From: Octopus sinensis | Taxonomy: Eukaryota | Assembly: GCF_006345805.1 (NCBI RefSeq) | Contig: NC_043015.1 | Span: forward strand, 50,406,001-50,470,000 | Direction of reading: 5' to 3' | Length of the DNA stretch: 64,000 nt | Shown here: in pieces, positions 37,793 through 50,976 of the stretch | Numbering within the stretch: position 1 is the first letter of the stretch | Layout of the letters: every line of letters begins with the position of its first letter | Translations under genes and position numbers: made by a program | The notes under the pieces: model-generated | Seen by the model: only the letters and a program-made list of their open reading frames with translations | Told to the model about the DNA's origin: nothing | Database searches by the model: none

Positions 37793-38688
37793 GTAATAAT
37801 AATAATTCTTTCTACTGAAGGCACAAAACCTGAAATTTGATGGAAGGGGGCTAGCCGATTACAGTGACCCCAATGTTTCAGTGGTAACTTAATTCATTGA
37901 CCCTGAAAGGGTGAAAAGCAAAAATGACCCTGGTGGAATTTGAACTCAGAATGTCTCAATGGGCAACATACTTAATAATGATAATAATATTAATTATAAT
38001 AATTATGACGATGAGGAGGATGAGGATGAATAACTGAATGAAATTAGAGGTGAACTTGGATGGCCTGAAAGAAATACAAGAGAAATGTCTCCAAGTATGT
38101 CTTATATCATTTGTCCCTCAAAAATATTCCTAAATAATTAATTAAAAATTTATTCTCAAAGGACGTCTTAAATTCTTGTTCACAATAAGTAAACAAAATG
38201 AAAGAATCTAAAATTGCAATTTACAATACAAAGGTTTTATCACACGTGTTGCATTAACTTAGAATTTCCAGTCTTGTGATATAAAACAAGAATTTAGAAA
38301 TAATATAAAATAAAGGGGGTAGCAGGGAATTGTATCAGACTGCCAAAAGAGAAGCTAGGAGACAGGTTTATTTAGCCAGAGGGGAAGCAGATAAGAAAAA
38401 AATTTGCCAATGTTCTGCGCCGTGAGGACCAAAGACTGGAGGTGTTTCGTGTGTTGCAAGACAGTGTTTGAGAGAGAATCGTGATGTGGTAGGAGAGAAG
38501 TGTGTTCGCATGGAAGATGGTTCACTTGCGCTAAATGAGGATGCGAAGAGAGAGGTTTGGAGATGCCACTATGAAAGGTTGCTGAATGAAGAAAATGAAT
38601 GGGATAAAGAGAGTCTGCCGAATGTTGACCCAACAGAGGGACCAGCTATCCGAGTTGATAGTTCTGTGGTAGCTAAGCAATTAGAAGC

Positions 38689-39549
38689 ATGAAGACAGGG
38701 AAAGCCCCAGGCCCATCAGGAATCACTGCAGAGATGCTCAAAATGTCTGGTAGTGTCGGCTATAGCCTAGTCACCCATATAGTTAATCAGGTGATACACA
38801 AAGGGGTCATACCCAATGACTGGTGTAGCAGTATAATAGTCAACTGCTACAAAGGTAAAGGTGATGCCCTAGATACAAATAACTACAGAGGTATCAAGCT
38901 GTTGGACCAGGTGATGAAGGTTACGGAGAGGGTCATAGCCCAACTAATTAGAGAGAGAGTTAGTTTAGATGAGATGCAGTTTGGGTTTGTGCCAGGGAAA
39001 AGTACTACTGATGCTATATTCCTGGTAAGGCAGCTGCAGGAGAAATACCTAGCCAAAGATAAGCCCCTGTACCTGGCTTTTGTTGACATGGAGAAAGCCT
39101 TCGACAGGGTCCCCCGATCCCTTATCTGGTGGGCAATGAGGAAACTAGGGATAGATGAATGGTTAGTGAGAGCTGTGCGGGCCATGTATAGGGACGCCGC
39201 TAGTAGGGTGAGGGTTGGAAATGAGTACAGTGAAGAATTCCGGGTAGAGGTAGGGGTCCACCAAGGCTCAGTACTCAGCCCCCTCCTATTTATCATAGTC
39301 CTCCAGGCAATAACGGAGGAATTCAAGACAGGATGCCCTTGGGAGCTCCTCTATGCTGATGACCTTGCTCTAATTGCTGAGTCGCTATCAGAACTGGAGG
39401 AGAAGTTTCAGGTGTGGAAACAAGGATTAGAATCGAAGGGCCTCAGAGTCAATCTAGCTAAAACCAAAGTCGTAATCAGTAGGAAGGTAGACAAATCACA
39501 AACACCTTCAGGTAGATGGCCCTGCTCGATCTGTAGAAAAGGTGTGTAG
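38689..39549 (+). pseudogene. Reverse transcriptase domain (RTE ORF2 segment)
   Basis: A 286-aa open frame containing all core RT motifs including YADD, bounded by frameshifts. Confidence 0.95.
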
Positions 39550-39656
39550 GTAGAAACTCTATAAGATGCACCAAGTGTAAGCTATGGACACATAAGAGAT
39601 GCAGCAATGTCAAAGGAAGGCTAACTAGGAAGATGGTTTTTGTATGTGGCAGATGC
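39523..39656 (+). other. PHD-type C4HC3 zinc finger within RTE ORF2
   Basis: After removing one GT slip at ~39544 the frame reads CSIC-x10-CTKC-KLWT-H-KR-C-x14-CGRC. Confidence 0.8.
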
Positions 39657-42009
39657 TCAGGAACAATAAACACTGAAAATGCTCTGAGACCAACTTCTGT
39701 CACTTTCCAGGGAGAGAAAAACTAGAAATAGTTGATAGTTTCCGTTACCTAGGTGACCAAGTCAGCAGCGGGGGTGGGTGTGCTGAAAGTGTAACTGCTA
39801 GAGTAAGAATAGCTTGGGCAAAGTTCAGAGAGCTCTTACCTCTGCTGGTGACAAAAGGCCTCTCGCACAGAGTGAAAGGCAGACTGTATGATGCGTGTGT
39901 ACGAACAGCCATGCTACATGGCAGTGAAACATGGGCCGTGACTGCTGAGGATATGCGTAAGCTCGCTAGAAATGAAGCCAGTATGCTCCGATGGATGTGT
40001 AATGCCGGTACTCACACTCGGCAGAGTGTAAGTACCTTGAGAGAAAAGCTGGACCTAAGAAGCATCAGTTGTGGTGTGCAAGAGAGACGTTTGCGCTGGT
40101 ATGGTCATGTGGCGAGAATGGATGAAGATAGTTGTGTGAAAAAGTGCCACACCCTAGCGGTTGAGGGAACCTGTGGAAGAGGCAGACCCAGGAAAACCTG
40201 GGACGAGGTGGTGGAAGCACGACCTTCGAACTTTAGGTCTCACTGAGGAAATGACTAGAGACCGAGACCTCTGGAAGTGTGCTGTGCGCGAGAAGACCCG
40301 GCAGGACAAGTGAGTCCATAACCCGTGGCCTTCTACATGGGATGGAGCCAGCCTACGTATGCATACCTTCCCTTCTTGGGACACAAAAACTCTACTTGTG
40401 AAGACGTGTTGAGGCAAGTGAGGATCAGAATCGAAATCGATCAATGGAAATTGCGGATGTGCTACCAGTGCCGGTGGCATGTCGAAACTCTGCTTGTGAA
40501 GACCCATTGAGGCAAGTGAGGATCAGAATCGAAATCGATCAATGGAAATCGATCAATGGAAATTGCAGATGTGTTACCAGTGCCGGTGGCATGTAAGAGA
40601 ACTTTCCGTTTCGCGACCGTTGCCAGCACCGCCCCGTTTCGTGTCCGTTGCCAGCCTCGCCTGGCCCTCGTGCCGGTGGCACATAAAAAGCACCATCCGT
40701 TCGTGGCCGTTTGCCAGCTCTGTCTGGCACCAGTGCGGGTGGCACGTAAAAAGCACCCACTACACTCACGGAGTGGTTGGCATTAGGAAGGGCATCCAGC
40801 CGTAGAAACACTGCCAGATTTGACTGGGCCTGATGAAGCCTTCTGGCTTCACAGACCCCAGTAGAACCGTCCAACCCATGCTAGCATGGAAAACGGACGC
40901 TAAATGATGATGATGATGATGATGAAAACATATTCCTGCAAGGCTTTGATGAGGATTTTTTTGTTGTGAATATCTTATTTTATTGCATAGAATGGACGAA
41001 AAAGAAATCTTCTGGGTACACCATTGGGTTTCTTTTTTATATCATAGCATTTCTAGATGGTCGATGCTCTGACACTCTTCATCTTTCTCAGCACTGTCAG
41101 TTATTTCCCTTTCCATACCCCCACTCTATTGCAGCTCATGTATCATTAGTCAACCCTCAATTCTATCCAATCTCTACAGTTGTCACCTACTCTTCCCTCT
41201 TTCCTATTTACCATCCCTCAAAATTCGTCTTCATTAAATTTGACCTCTCATCCATTCCTCATCTTTAACCATATCTCACTCACACATAAACTCTTGCAAC
41301 CTCTGTCCACTGTCCACCCTCATTCCATTCCTCTGTCCCCACTGACCTCTGCAGACCTTATACATTGAGGGGTCACCCTAATACCAATACCTTGTCACTA
41401 CGTTATTTCTCTTTTCAGCATCAACCCAGTTACTCCTTTCTACTTTTCTATAATGTCAGAAGTCATTTAGTTTCTCTACAGCAAGAAACCTCTCATCAGG
41501 GCCTTTTTTTTCTCTCTTTAACCTCTCATCCTACATCATTTTGTACCTTTAAGTTCTGAGTTCAAATTCCAACAAGGCCAACTATGCTTATCGTCTTTTT
41601 TGGAGTTGATAAAATAAGTACCATTCATGCTCTGGGGTCAATATAATCGACATATCCACTCCCCCGAATTTGCTGGCCTAGGGCCAAAATTGGAAACCAA
41701 TATTTCTCAACAGCCAAACATGCTTCCAAGAGACATTGTTTGTATTATAGACAGCAGTTATTTACATGTCATGTGACATCAAGTCAAGGTCAGCTGACCT
41801 TTGCAAGATTTCACTCAGTTACACATTTACTGTTGTTGTTGTTTAAGCACAGGTCATCTTTCCCTAAACAGACTTACGCTATGATCAAAACCATCCTAAC
41901 CATGACCATCACTCCTATTTCCTTTTCACTCACTCAATGTAACCAAGACCATCTTATCCAAAGTATTTCCCCATCTTTTTTTAACATGGTTAAGTAAGAA
42001 TTGTAGAAA

Positions 42010-42650
42010 TGAAGAAAATTATGGTGGTAGTGGTGATGGAGGACTGCAACTGCAGAGTCAGCGGTTGCAGTTGCAGTTGCAGTGGTGCCAACGACAGTAA
42101 TTGCAGTGATTGTGGTGCATTACTTTTGATAGTTTTGGCTATAGTATTAAATGGTTATGGTAGTAGTAGTTGTAGTAGTAGTAGCAGTAGCAATAGTAGT
42201 AGCAGTAGTAGTGGTAGTGATTATTGCTGTTGTTGTGGTGGTAGTAGTTGTGTCAGTGGTGGTAGTGGTGATTGGAGTTGGCAGTGGTGTTGGCGATGGT
42301 ACTGTTGTTAGTAATGGTGTTGGCAGTGGCATTTGCGATGGTGTTGGTGTTGGTGGTGATATTGGCGGTGGTGTTGGCGTTGGCAGTGATGTTGGCAGTG
42401 GTGATAGTGTTGGTGATGGTGTTGGTGGTGGTGTTGGTGGTGATGTTGGTGTTCACAATGGTCTTAGCAGTGGTGATGGTGTTGGCAATGGCGATGATGT
42501 TGGCGGTGGTGATGGTGTTCACAAAGGTGTTGGCGGCGGTGATGGTGTTGGCAATGGTGGTGGTGTTGGCGGTGGTGATGCTGTTGGTGATGGTTTTGGC
42601 GACGGTGTTTGTGTTGGCGGTGATGTTGGTGATGGTATTGGCGGTGGCAT
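42010..42650. repeat. (GGT/GTT/AGT) degenerate trinucleotide tract
   Basis: Direct reading of the sequence; the G/V/D-rich ORFs are low complexity. Confidence 0.9.
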
Positions 42651-43355
42651 AAACCAGAACACATCAGAATCTATTTGGTAACAGTTCTATAAGATTTTTA
42701 ACACACTCACACACACACACACATTAAACAACAAGCAAGCATGAACTACCACCACCACCACTACCACCACCACCACTACCACCACCACCACCACCACTAT
42801 TACCATTACCATCTCCACAGCCGCCATTATAATCATCATCATCATCATCATCATCATCTACCTCTACCTACCTCCCTGTGCTAACTCAGTGGTGATGAAT
42901 CCATACAAGACTAATTAGATAGGATACTTCTGCACCAGATCTGTCTGTTGCCAATGGAATTCTGAAATCCACTTAACAAGAATCAACACATTGTAAAAGT
43001 TTAGGCAATAGTAGCAGCAGCAGCAGTAGTAGTAACAATAGTAGAGGTGGTGGCGGTAGTAGCAGTGGTGGTGGTGGTGATAATAGATCTTTAAATTACA
43101 GTGAACTATCAATGAAAGAAAAATAAGATGCAAAACAAGGTGGTAGTGGTTATGGCGCTGGTGGCGCTAGTGATAGTGGTGGTGGTGGTGTTGGTGGTGG
43201 TGGTGGTGGTGGCAGTGGCTGTGATTCCATATTTGAAATATTCATGTGGTTTGAACTTAGGAGGAATTATACTTGAATCTTATAAGACCAACTTTGAAAT
43301 TACATGCATTATATAAATATATATATGCATATGGTTATATATATATATATATATA

Positions 43356-43469
43356 TGAGTAACAGCTTTTGTTATATTTCTGCTGCTTTTAAATAAAGCA
43401 TATTACTCTACCTCTGGTATTTGAGTACTCTTTCTTCCACCTTGTTTCACATTTATGTGTTTACTCCGG
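43356..43469 (+). mobile_element. Truncated arm of the 57.1-57.4 kb palindromic hammerhead element
   Basis: The reverse complement matches 57133-57245; the copy is embedded between (TA)n tracts. Confidence 0.8.
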
Positions 43470-43639
43470 TATATATATATATATATATATATATATCATC
43501 ATCATCATCATCGTTTAGCGTCCGTTTTCCATGCTAGCATGGGTTGGACGGTTCTACTGGGGTCTGTGAAGCCAGAAGGCTTCATCAGGCCCAGTCAAAT
43601 ATGGCAGTGTTTCTACGGCTGGATGCCCTTCCTAACACC

Positions 43640-43667
43640 ATATATATATACATATACATACATATAC

Positions 43668-43742
<75 letters not shown>

Positions 43743-44150
43743 TATATACACATACATATGTGCGTGTGTATGTGTGTGTGTGTATATATATATACATAAA
43801 TAATACACACATACATACATACTCACACACATATATGTACATATATATATACATACACATAAATATATATATATATACATGTATGTGTATATATATTTAT
43901 CTACATAAACCAACACACACATGTGCGTGCATGAATATATATATATATATGAAAATATATATATATATACACACACACAAACACGATTATATATATATAT
44001 ATATATATTTATACATATATATGTATATTTGTATGTATATCTATATCTATAAAATATATATATATATATATATATATACATACACATACACATGTGTGCA
44101 ATTGTACATACACACACAAATGCACACAATTATATATGTATGATTATATA
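43640..44150. repeat. (TA)n/(CA)n microsatellite
   Basis: Direct reading of the sequence. Confidence 0.95.
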
Positions 44151-44229
44151 TAATAATAATACACGAGAGAGAGAGAATGGGAAAAAAATTTAGCTAAGAA
44201 TTAGTGATAGACTAATGCACACACACACA

Positions 44230-44280
<51 letters not shown>

Positions 44281-45315
44281 CATTAACTCACATTTAATGA
44301 AGTTCATACATTCTACTGATATGAACAATAATTTTGTTTTTCAGAACGGTTTGCATGTAAGAACCTACATTCCGACTTATTTAAATGCTGCAGAACAGAA
44401 TGCAACCAACAAATTGATACAACAAACACCATAAGCATTAGCTCACACAAATATTTACTTTGAAGCATGTTAATACGTTCTACAACACTTCAAACATTTA
44501 GCTTCATGTGCTACATTAAAAACATGTATTAACATAGTTATTGTATATGTTTACATCACATCAATATCACATGTATGTATTCATATATTTACATGGAATA
44601 TTTAACGTAACGACTGCACTGTGCGCTACTCTCCTATCTGATAGCAAAATGCAATGACATCGAATAAGAAAAGGAAATAATCTATAAAATCAAGAATTCT
44701 CTGGAATCAACAAGCCATTAACGAATAAGACAGCATTGTCATTTTCTTTTTTTTTGTGTGTGTGTTTTTATACTGGAGACAAGAGGTCTGTTACATACAT
44801 GTGTTTCTACCTCAATAAGTGTCATCAATAGTGCAGCTGTCTTATCTTCATTGCAGCAGACAGACTTGAACAAAGAAGTAGAGAACATCTATGGCATACA
44901 GTAATTTGCATAAAATGAAAACGAGCAAGTAGAAAGAACTTAGAATGATTCTCTCTCCTTCCTTCCTCTCTCTGTCTCTCTCTCCTGTGAAGAGAAATAA
45001 TACGAGTGATAAAAATGGCTTTATAGTGGTTTTGACTACTATTTCTAAACATACAAGGGTTTTGAAACCTTCTTGGTTATAATTGTGACTTGTTCATAGT
45101 ATAAACATTTTTCTGCTATGAATTTTGGCCATTGATATATTCATAAATAATTATTAGTTGTCTATAATAAATCCTCTGTAATGTGTTATTGCATTACGTT
45201 TTAATATATATATCCCACTACGTGGTACCTTGGGCAAGTGTCTTCTACTATAGCCTCGGGACGACCAAAGCGTTGTGAGTGAATTTGGTAGACGGAAACT
45301 GAAAGAAGCCCATCG

Positions 45316-45361
<46 letters not shown>

Positions 45362-46009
45362 ATATGTGTGCGTGTGTGTTTGTGTGTCTGTGTTTGTCCC
45401 CCTAGCATTGCTTGACAACCGATGCGGGTGTGTTTATGTTCCCGTCACTTAGCGGTTCGGCAAAAGAGACCGATAGAATAAGTACTGGGTTTACAAAGAA
45501 TAAGTCCCGGGATTGAGTTGCTCAACTAAAGGTGGTGCTCCAGCATGGCCGCAGTCAAATGACTGAAACAAGTGAAAGAGAGTAAAGAATATATATATAA
45601 TATATACATGTATGCGTGTGTGTGTGTGTGTGTGTGCCTTTGTGTCTGTGTTTGTACTCCACCACTACTTGACAACTGGTATTAGTATGCTCATGCCCCC
45701 ATAACTTAGTGGTTCAGCGAAAGAGACTGATAGAATAAGTACTAGGCTTTAAGAACTAAAAAATGTCCTGAGTTCAATTTGTTTGACTAAAACCCTTCAA
45801 GGTGGTGCATGGCCACATGGTTCCAGCATGGCCATACGGTCCCAGCATGGCCACATGGCCCCAGCATGGCAACATGGCCCCAGCATGGCCACAGTCTAAT
45901 GGCTAAAACAAGTAAAAGATAAAAGACAATGATATGCAGAAGACATGTGTAAATTTATCCAGTGGCTGAATACACTGAAATTTTACCCCATCCAAATCTA
46001 CATACGTAT

Positions 46010-46410
46010 GTGTGGCTGTGTGGTAAGTAGCTTGCTTATCAACCACATGGTTCTGGGTTCAGTCCCACTGTGTGGCAACTTGGGAAAATGTCTTCTACTA
46101 TAGCTTCAGGCCGACCAAAGCCTTGTGAGTAGATTTGGTAGACGGAAACTGAAAGAAGCCTGTCGTATATATGTATATAACTATATATGTTTGTGTGAGT
46201 ATATGTTTGTGTGTCTGTGTTTGTCCCCCCAACATTGCTTGACAACAGATGGTGGTGTGTTTACATCACCGTAAATTAGTGGTTCAGCAAAAGAGACTGA
46301 TAGTGTAAGTACTAGGCTTACAAACAATAAGTCCAGGGGTTGATTTGCTCGACTAAAGGCAGTGCTCCAGCATGGCCACAGTCAAATGACTGAAACAAGT
46401 AAAAGAGTAT
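46010..46410 (+). mobile_element. Full-length SINE family A
   Basis: Homology to 5071-5477. Confidence 0.9.
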
Positions 46411-46896
46411 ACATTACATACATGCATACATTCATACTCTGTTCAGATTACAAGTTCAGGTTTATACCTGTAATTATTGGGGCCCAGGGATATGTAACAC
46501 TGCCTAAATACCAATCTTGAGAAATTAAGGCTTTTCAAAACCAGAAAGGAGTAAGCTGATTCAAAGACTACAGATCCAATCCATCAGTGGAACTGTAAAA
46601 ATCTGTAAAACTTTCCAGAAGTTTATTGTTTAAGTATATAAGAGCATGTCAAGACATGCTACTATATTCATGGGAATACATATATAAAACAAAACATACA
46701 AATCTGTACATATTCATACATACATACATACATATATACATACATACATACATACACACACAAACACACTGTTGTTGATGTTGAGATTCCAATGAAGGAG
46801 CCTTGGATCTAGGTTAGAAACTGGCTTTTTCTCTATTGGCAAGAAATCTTGAAATAAAACAGAATAATGATATACATACATACATGCATGCATATA

Positions 46897-47781
46897 CAGG
46901 GTGCGATGGGTAAATTGTCGTCATACTATATTTTTAATTTCGCACGTGTGCATTATTTGCTTTTGATTTTGTCGACTACACAGTATAGTAGGGTCAGTTG
47001 GGCACCGTCTGTGAGAAAAACAGCACCATGATGCAATTCACTCTACCAGAAATTTGGAAACTACACACTGTACTGCTTGTCATTCACACAAGAAGCTTCA
47101 GTATGAATGTTTCAGATTATTTGGGTGTCAATCTGAGAACAAGGCAAATGATTTGGAAAGAATTGGATGAGTCTAATGGTGATTACAAAGGTGTTTCGAA
47201 TGATCACTAGTGATGGCAACGTTATGCCTCCATTCATCATCCGACATGGCCTAAGACCCAACACAGAGGCCTACATCAAGTGCCTGGAGGAGGTAGTCTT
47301 GCCCTGGGTCAAGAGAGCAGCTGCAGGTAGACCCTTTGTCTGACAACAGGACTCTGCACCATGCCACACAAGCAGGAGAACCCAGTCATAGCTGTCAGAC
47401 AATTTCTGCAACCACATAACCCCTAACATCTTGCCACCTAACTCCCCAGACTGCAACCCACTTGATTATCATGTGTGGGGTGCAGTTGAGTGAGAGAGGA
47501 ACAAAACCCCTTGTAACACCAAAGATGAACTGAAGGCAAGGATTATGGCAGCATTGACCAACTTAAACAAAGAGACTGTCCAGAAGAGTTGGAGTTGCAG
47601 GAAATCTCGAAGTCGTCTGGAGGCCATGGTTGAAGCCAATGGCGATTTTATTGAATAAATTTACTCTTTAGTATTTCAAGATATTTTTATGTAAATTTGG
47701 TAAATACGTCTGTTAAAATGAGATGTCAGTGTTATTTTCAATTTTGCATAATTTAGATGACAATTTATTCACCAGACCCTA
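46897..47781 (+). mobile_element. Internally deleted maT/DD37D-type Tc1/mariner element
   Basis: TA|CAGGGTGCGATGGGTAAATTGTCG ... GACAATTTATTCACCAGACCCTA|TA imperfect TIRs. Reads QQDSAPCHTS...PPNSPDCNPLDYHVWG with 37 residues between the second and third D. Confidence 0.9.
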
Positions 47782-49086
47782 TATATACATATATATGAAC
47801 ATATTCAGAAAAATTATATTACATACATATAAGAGGGATGATCATTAAGTGGACATCCATTATGCTAGAGGTAGACCCCCATATGGTCTGACCACTAAGA
47901 AAAAGACTGTTCTCACGAAAATTCAGCAAATGCCAGAATGTAATATGTCATATTTATTCCCACCTATACATTGATAAGTAACCAGTACCAGATTTAAACC
48001 TAGTAAGGCTCCAGGGCCAATACATTCTGGGGGATCCTATGATGTTGTGTGTGTAATTTTCAACTGTTTAGATATAAACAAAATACTGTGGATTTTGAAA
48101 TCAAATATAACTCTGTAACTTCTCTCAATGCAAAGAACATATATAATTTCGTATTATGAAATTTTGTTTATTCTTAAAGAGTTTTTGTATATTCCATAAT
48201 TTCAATGGCTGCCAGCACTTAGAGTGTTTCTGACACGTTGATATTATCTGGTTCGTATGTCTGGATAATGTACTGCTCTTCACTGTTCTCTTATTATAAC
48301 AGAAGAAACCATATGCTCAAAGAATTTTTTAAAAAGGATACTACGTAAAAAAGAGTCAATTCAAAACGTAAGTATATAACAAGGGTTGCATTAAATCAAG
48401 GAGGCCTTAAAACTTAAAAGGGCCTTGATAGATTCAGAAGGACTCAGATTTAATAGCTTTTTAATCTAGAAGAGCACAATAAGTCAAAAGGGAGCTCAAT
48501 TATTTTTAAAGAATAAGGTGGTGAGCTGGCAGAATGGTTACCACTATAAGCAAAATGCTTAGTGGTATTTTTCTGCCAATATTCTGAGTTCAAATTCCAC
48601 CAAGATCGACTTTACCTTTCATCCTTTCAGGGTGAATAAAATAAGTACCAGTTGATCACTGGGGTTAATGTAATCGACTTTCTTCCACCCTTAGACTTAT
48701 TGTCCTGGTGCCAAAATTTGAAACCAATATTTATAACAAATAATGGTGATGAACTGGCAGAATCATTAGCAAGCCATCCTTATGTTCTGAGTTCAAATTC
48801 TGCCAAGGTTGGCTTTACTTTTCATCCTTTTGGGGTCGATAAAATAAGTACCACTGAAGTCCTGGGGTCAATGTAACAGACTTAACCATTTCCCGAAAAG
48901 GTATGGCTGTGTGGTAAGAAGCTTGCTTTCTAACCACATGTTTCTGGGTTCAGTCCCACTGTGTGGTACCTTGGGCAGGAGTCTTCTACTAGCCCCAAGC
49001 CAACCAAAGCCTTGTGAATGGATTTCGTAGATTTCCTTAGATTGAAACTTAAAGAAGCCTGTCATATATATACACACATATATATA

Positions 49087-49118
<32 letters not shown>

Positions 49119-49119
49119 C

Positions 49120-49156
<37 letters not shown>

Positions 49157-49270
49157 TTCTAATATATATACGTATTGTATATGGGTATGTGGTGATTGAC
49201 AATTTAAAGTCTGTTTCTCAGCGCATTGGCATAGAAATTTTTTTTTGCCCTTCTTTATAAATATACATAC

Positions 49271-49333
<63 letters not shown>

Positions 49334-49860
49334 ACACACCATACATATATATATTTAAAACTTTTATGGCCCTTTTTGGCCCATGCACAAAGCAGGCTCT
49401 GTATCTAGCACTGACTGTAAGTCATAATTTCGTTGTGGAGAAGTGCAGTCAACAGAACTGACCCAGCAGATATCATATTTGTGCCAAACATCAGGAATTG
49501 AACTCAGAGCAGAAAGAAAAATTGACAAAACTAAACGAAATCCCACAAAGAACATTAGTCTGTTAGGCAACCACTTCTGCCATTCCACAAGCTTGAATGA
49601 TAGAAAAAGCAGATATCACACGCAGACATCAGTGTGTCGCATTAATATGTAATATATATTAATGAGAGAGAGAAAGACACACACACACACAGACTCGGAA
49701 ATATCTATTCTATTATTCCAGTGTTTTTACCATTCCACTGACTTCAATAATGTAGAAGCCTGTTTATCACTCAGACATGACTGGAACAAATCATGCGTAG
49801 ATGGAAACACAGATATGGCACAGACTTTAGGAGAAGCGAACACTTCATTATATATGCGCA

Positions 49861-50285
49861 TAGGCGCAGGAGTGGCTGTGTGGTAAGTAGCTTGCTTACC
49901 AACCACATGGCTCCGGGTTCAGTCCCACTGCCTGGCATCTTGGGTAAGTGTCTTCTGCTATAGCCCCGGGCCGACCAATGCCTTGTGAGTAGATTTGGTA
50001 GACAGAAACTGAAAGAAGCCTGTCGTATATATATGTATATATGTGTATATGTATGTGTGTGTATATGTTTGTGTGTCTGTGTTTGTCCACCTAGCATTGC
50101 TTGACAACTGATGCTGGTGTGTTTACGTCCCCGTCACTTAGCGGTTTGGCAAAAGAGACTGATAGAATAAGTACTGGGCTTACAAAGAATAAGTCCCGGG
50201 GTCGATTTGCTCGACTAAAAGGCGGTGCTCCAGCATGGCCGCAGTCAAATGACTGAAACAAGTAAAAGAGTAAAAGAGTAAGAGT
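49861..50285 (+). mobile_element. Full-length SINE family A
   Basis: Homology to 5071-5477. Confidence 0.9.
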
Positions 50286-50469
50286 ATGCTTAAATCAAAC
50301 AATATAGAGGTATAAGCGTGGCTGTGTGGTAAATAGCTTGCTTACAAACCACATGGTTCTGGGTTCAGTCCCACTGCATGGTACCTTGCGCAAGTGTCTT
50401 CTACTATTGCCCCATGTTGATCAAAGTCTTGTGAGTGGATTTAGTAGATAGAGAAACTGAAAAAGCCTG

Positions 50470-50705
<236 letters not shown>

Positions 50706-50943
50706 ACAGGAGTGGCTGTGTGGTAAGTAGTTGCTTACGAACCACATGGTTCTGAGTTCAGTCCCACTGTGTGGCACCTTGCACAAGTGCCTTATACTAT
50801 AGCCTCGGGCCGACCAAAGCCTTCTGAGTGGATTTGGTAGACGGAAATGGTAAATGTTTTTAATTTTCATTCCTTTCATGAATTTATCCCTTTTTGTGTT
50901 CTAGCACAACGCTTCCTTATTTGGAAGCCTCTTATTGTATATG

Positions 50944-50976
<33 letters not shown>

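Larger units (their letters stand above)
38316..40925 (+). mobile_element. 5'-truncated RTE-clade LINE with a nearly intact RT region (about four frameshifts)
   Basis: MKTGKAPGPSG..NYRGIKLL..QFGFVPGKSTTDAIF..AFVDMEKAFDRV..GVHQGSVLSPLLF..LLYADD..VNLAKTK; after shifts VDSFRYLG..LHGSETW..RRLRWYGHV..GRGRPRKTW. The 3'UTR ends in (GAT)n. Confidence 0.97.

Noticed and set aside
38883-39326. 147-aa antisense ORF
   Set aside because: It is the shadow of the RT coding frame.
40830-40854. CTGATGA-AGCC(TTCT)GGCT hammerhead-like half
   Set aside because: It is followed by TCACAG rather than GAAA, and other family C copies read CTGGTGCAGCC, so the match is incidental.
38300-40940. Target-site duplication around the RTE
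   Set aside because: No matching direct repeat was found between the 5' flank and the sequence after the (GAT)n tail.
49396-49652. 21-nt exon-like GCTCTGTATCTAGCACTGACT|GTAAGT and the adjacent 69-aa ORF
   Set aside because: The acceptor (AAAGCAG) is poor, there is no recognisable homology, and it is within chance expectation.
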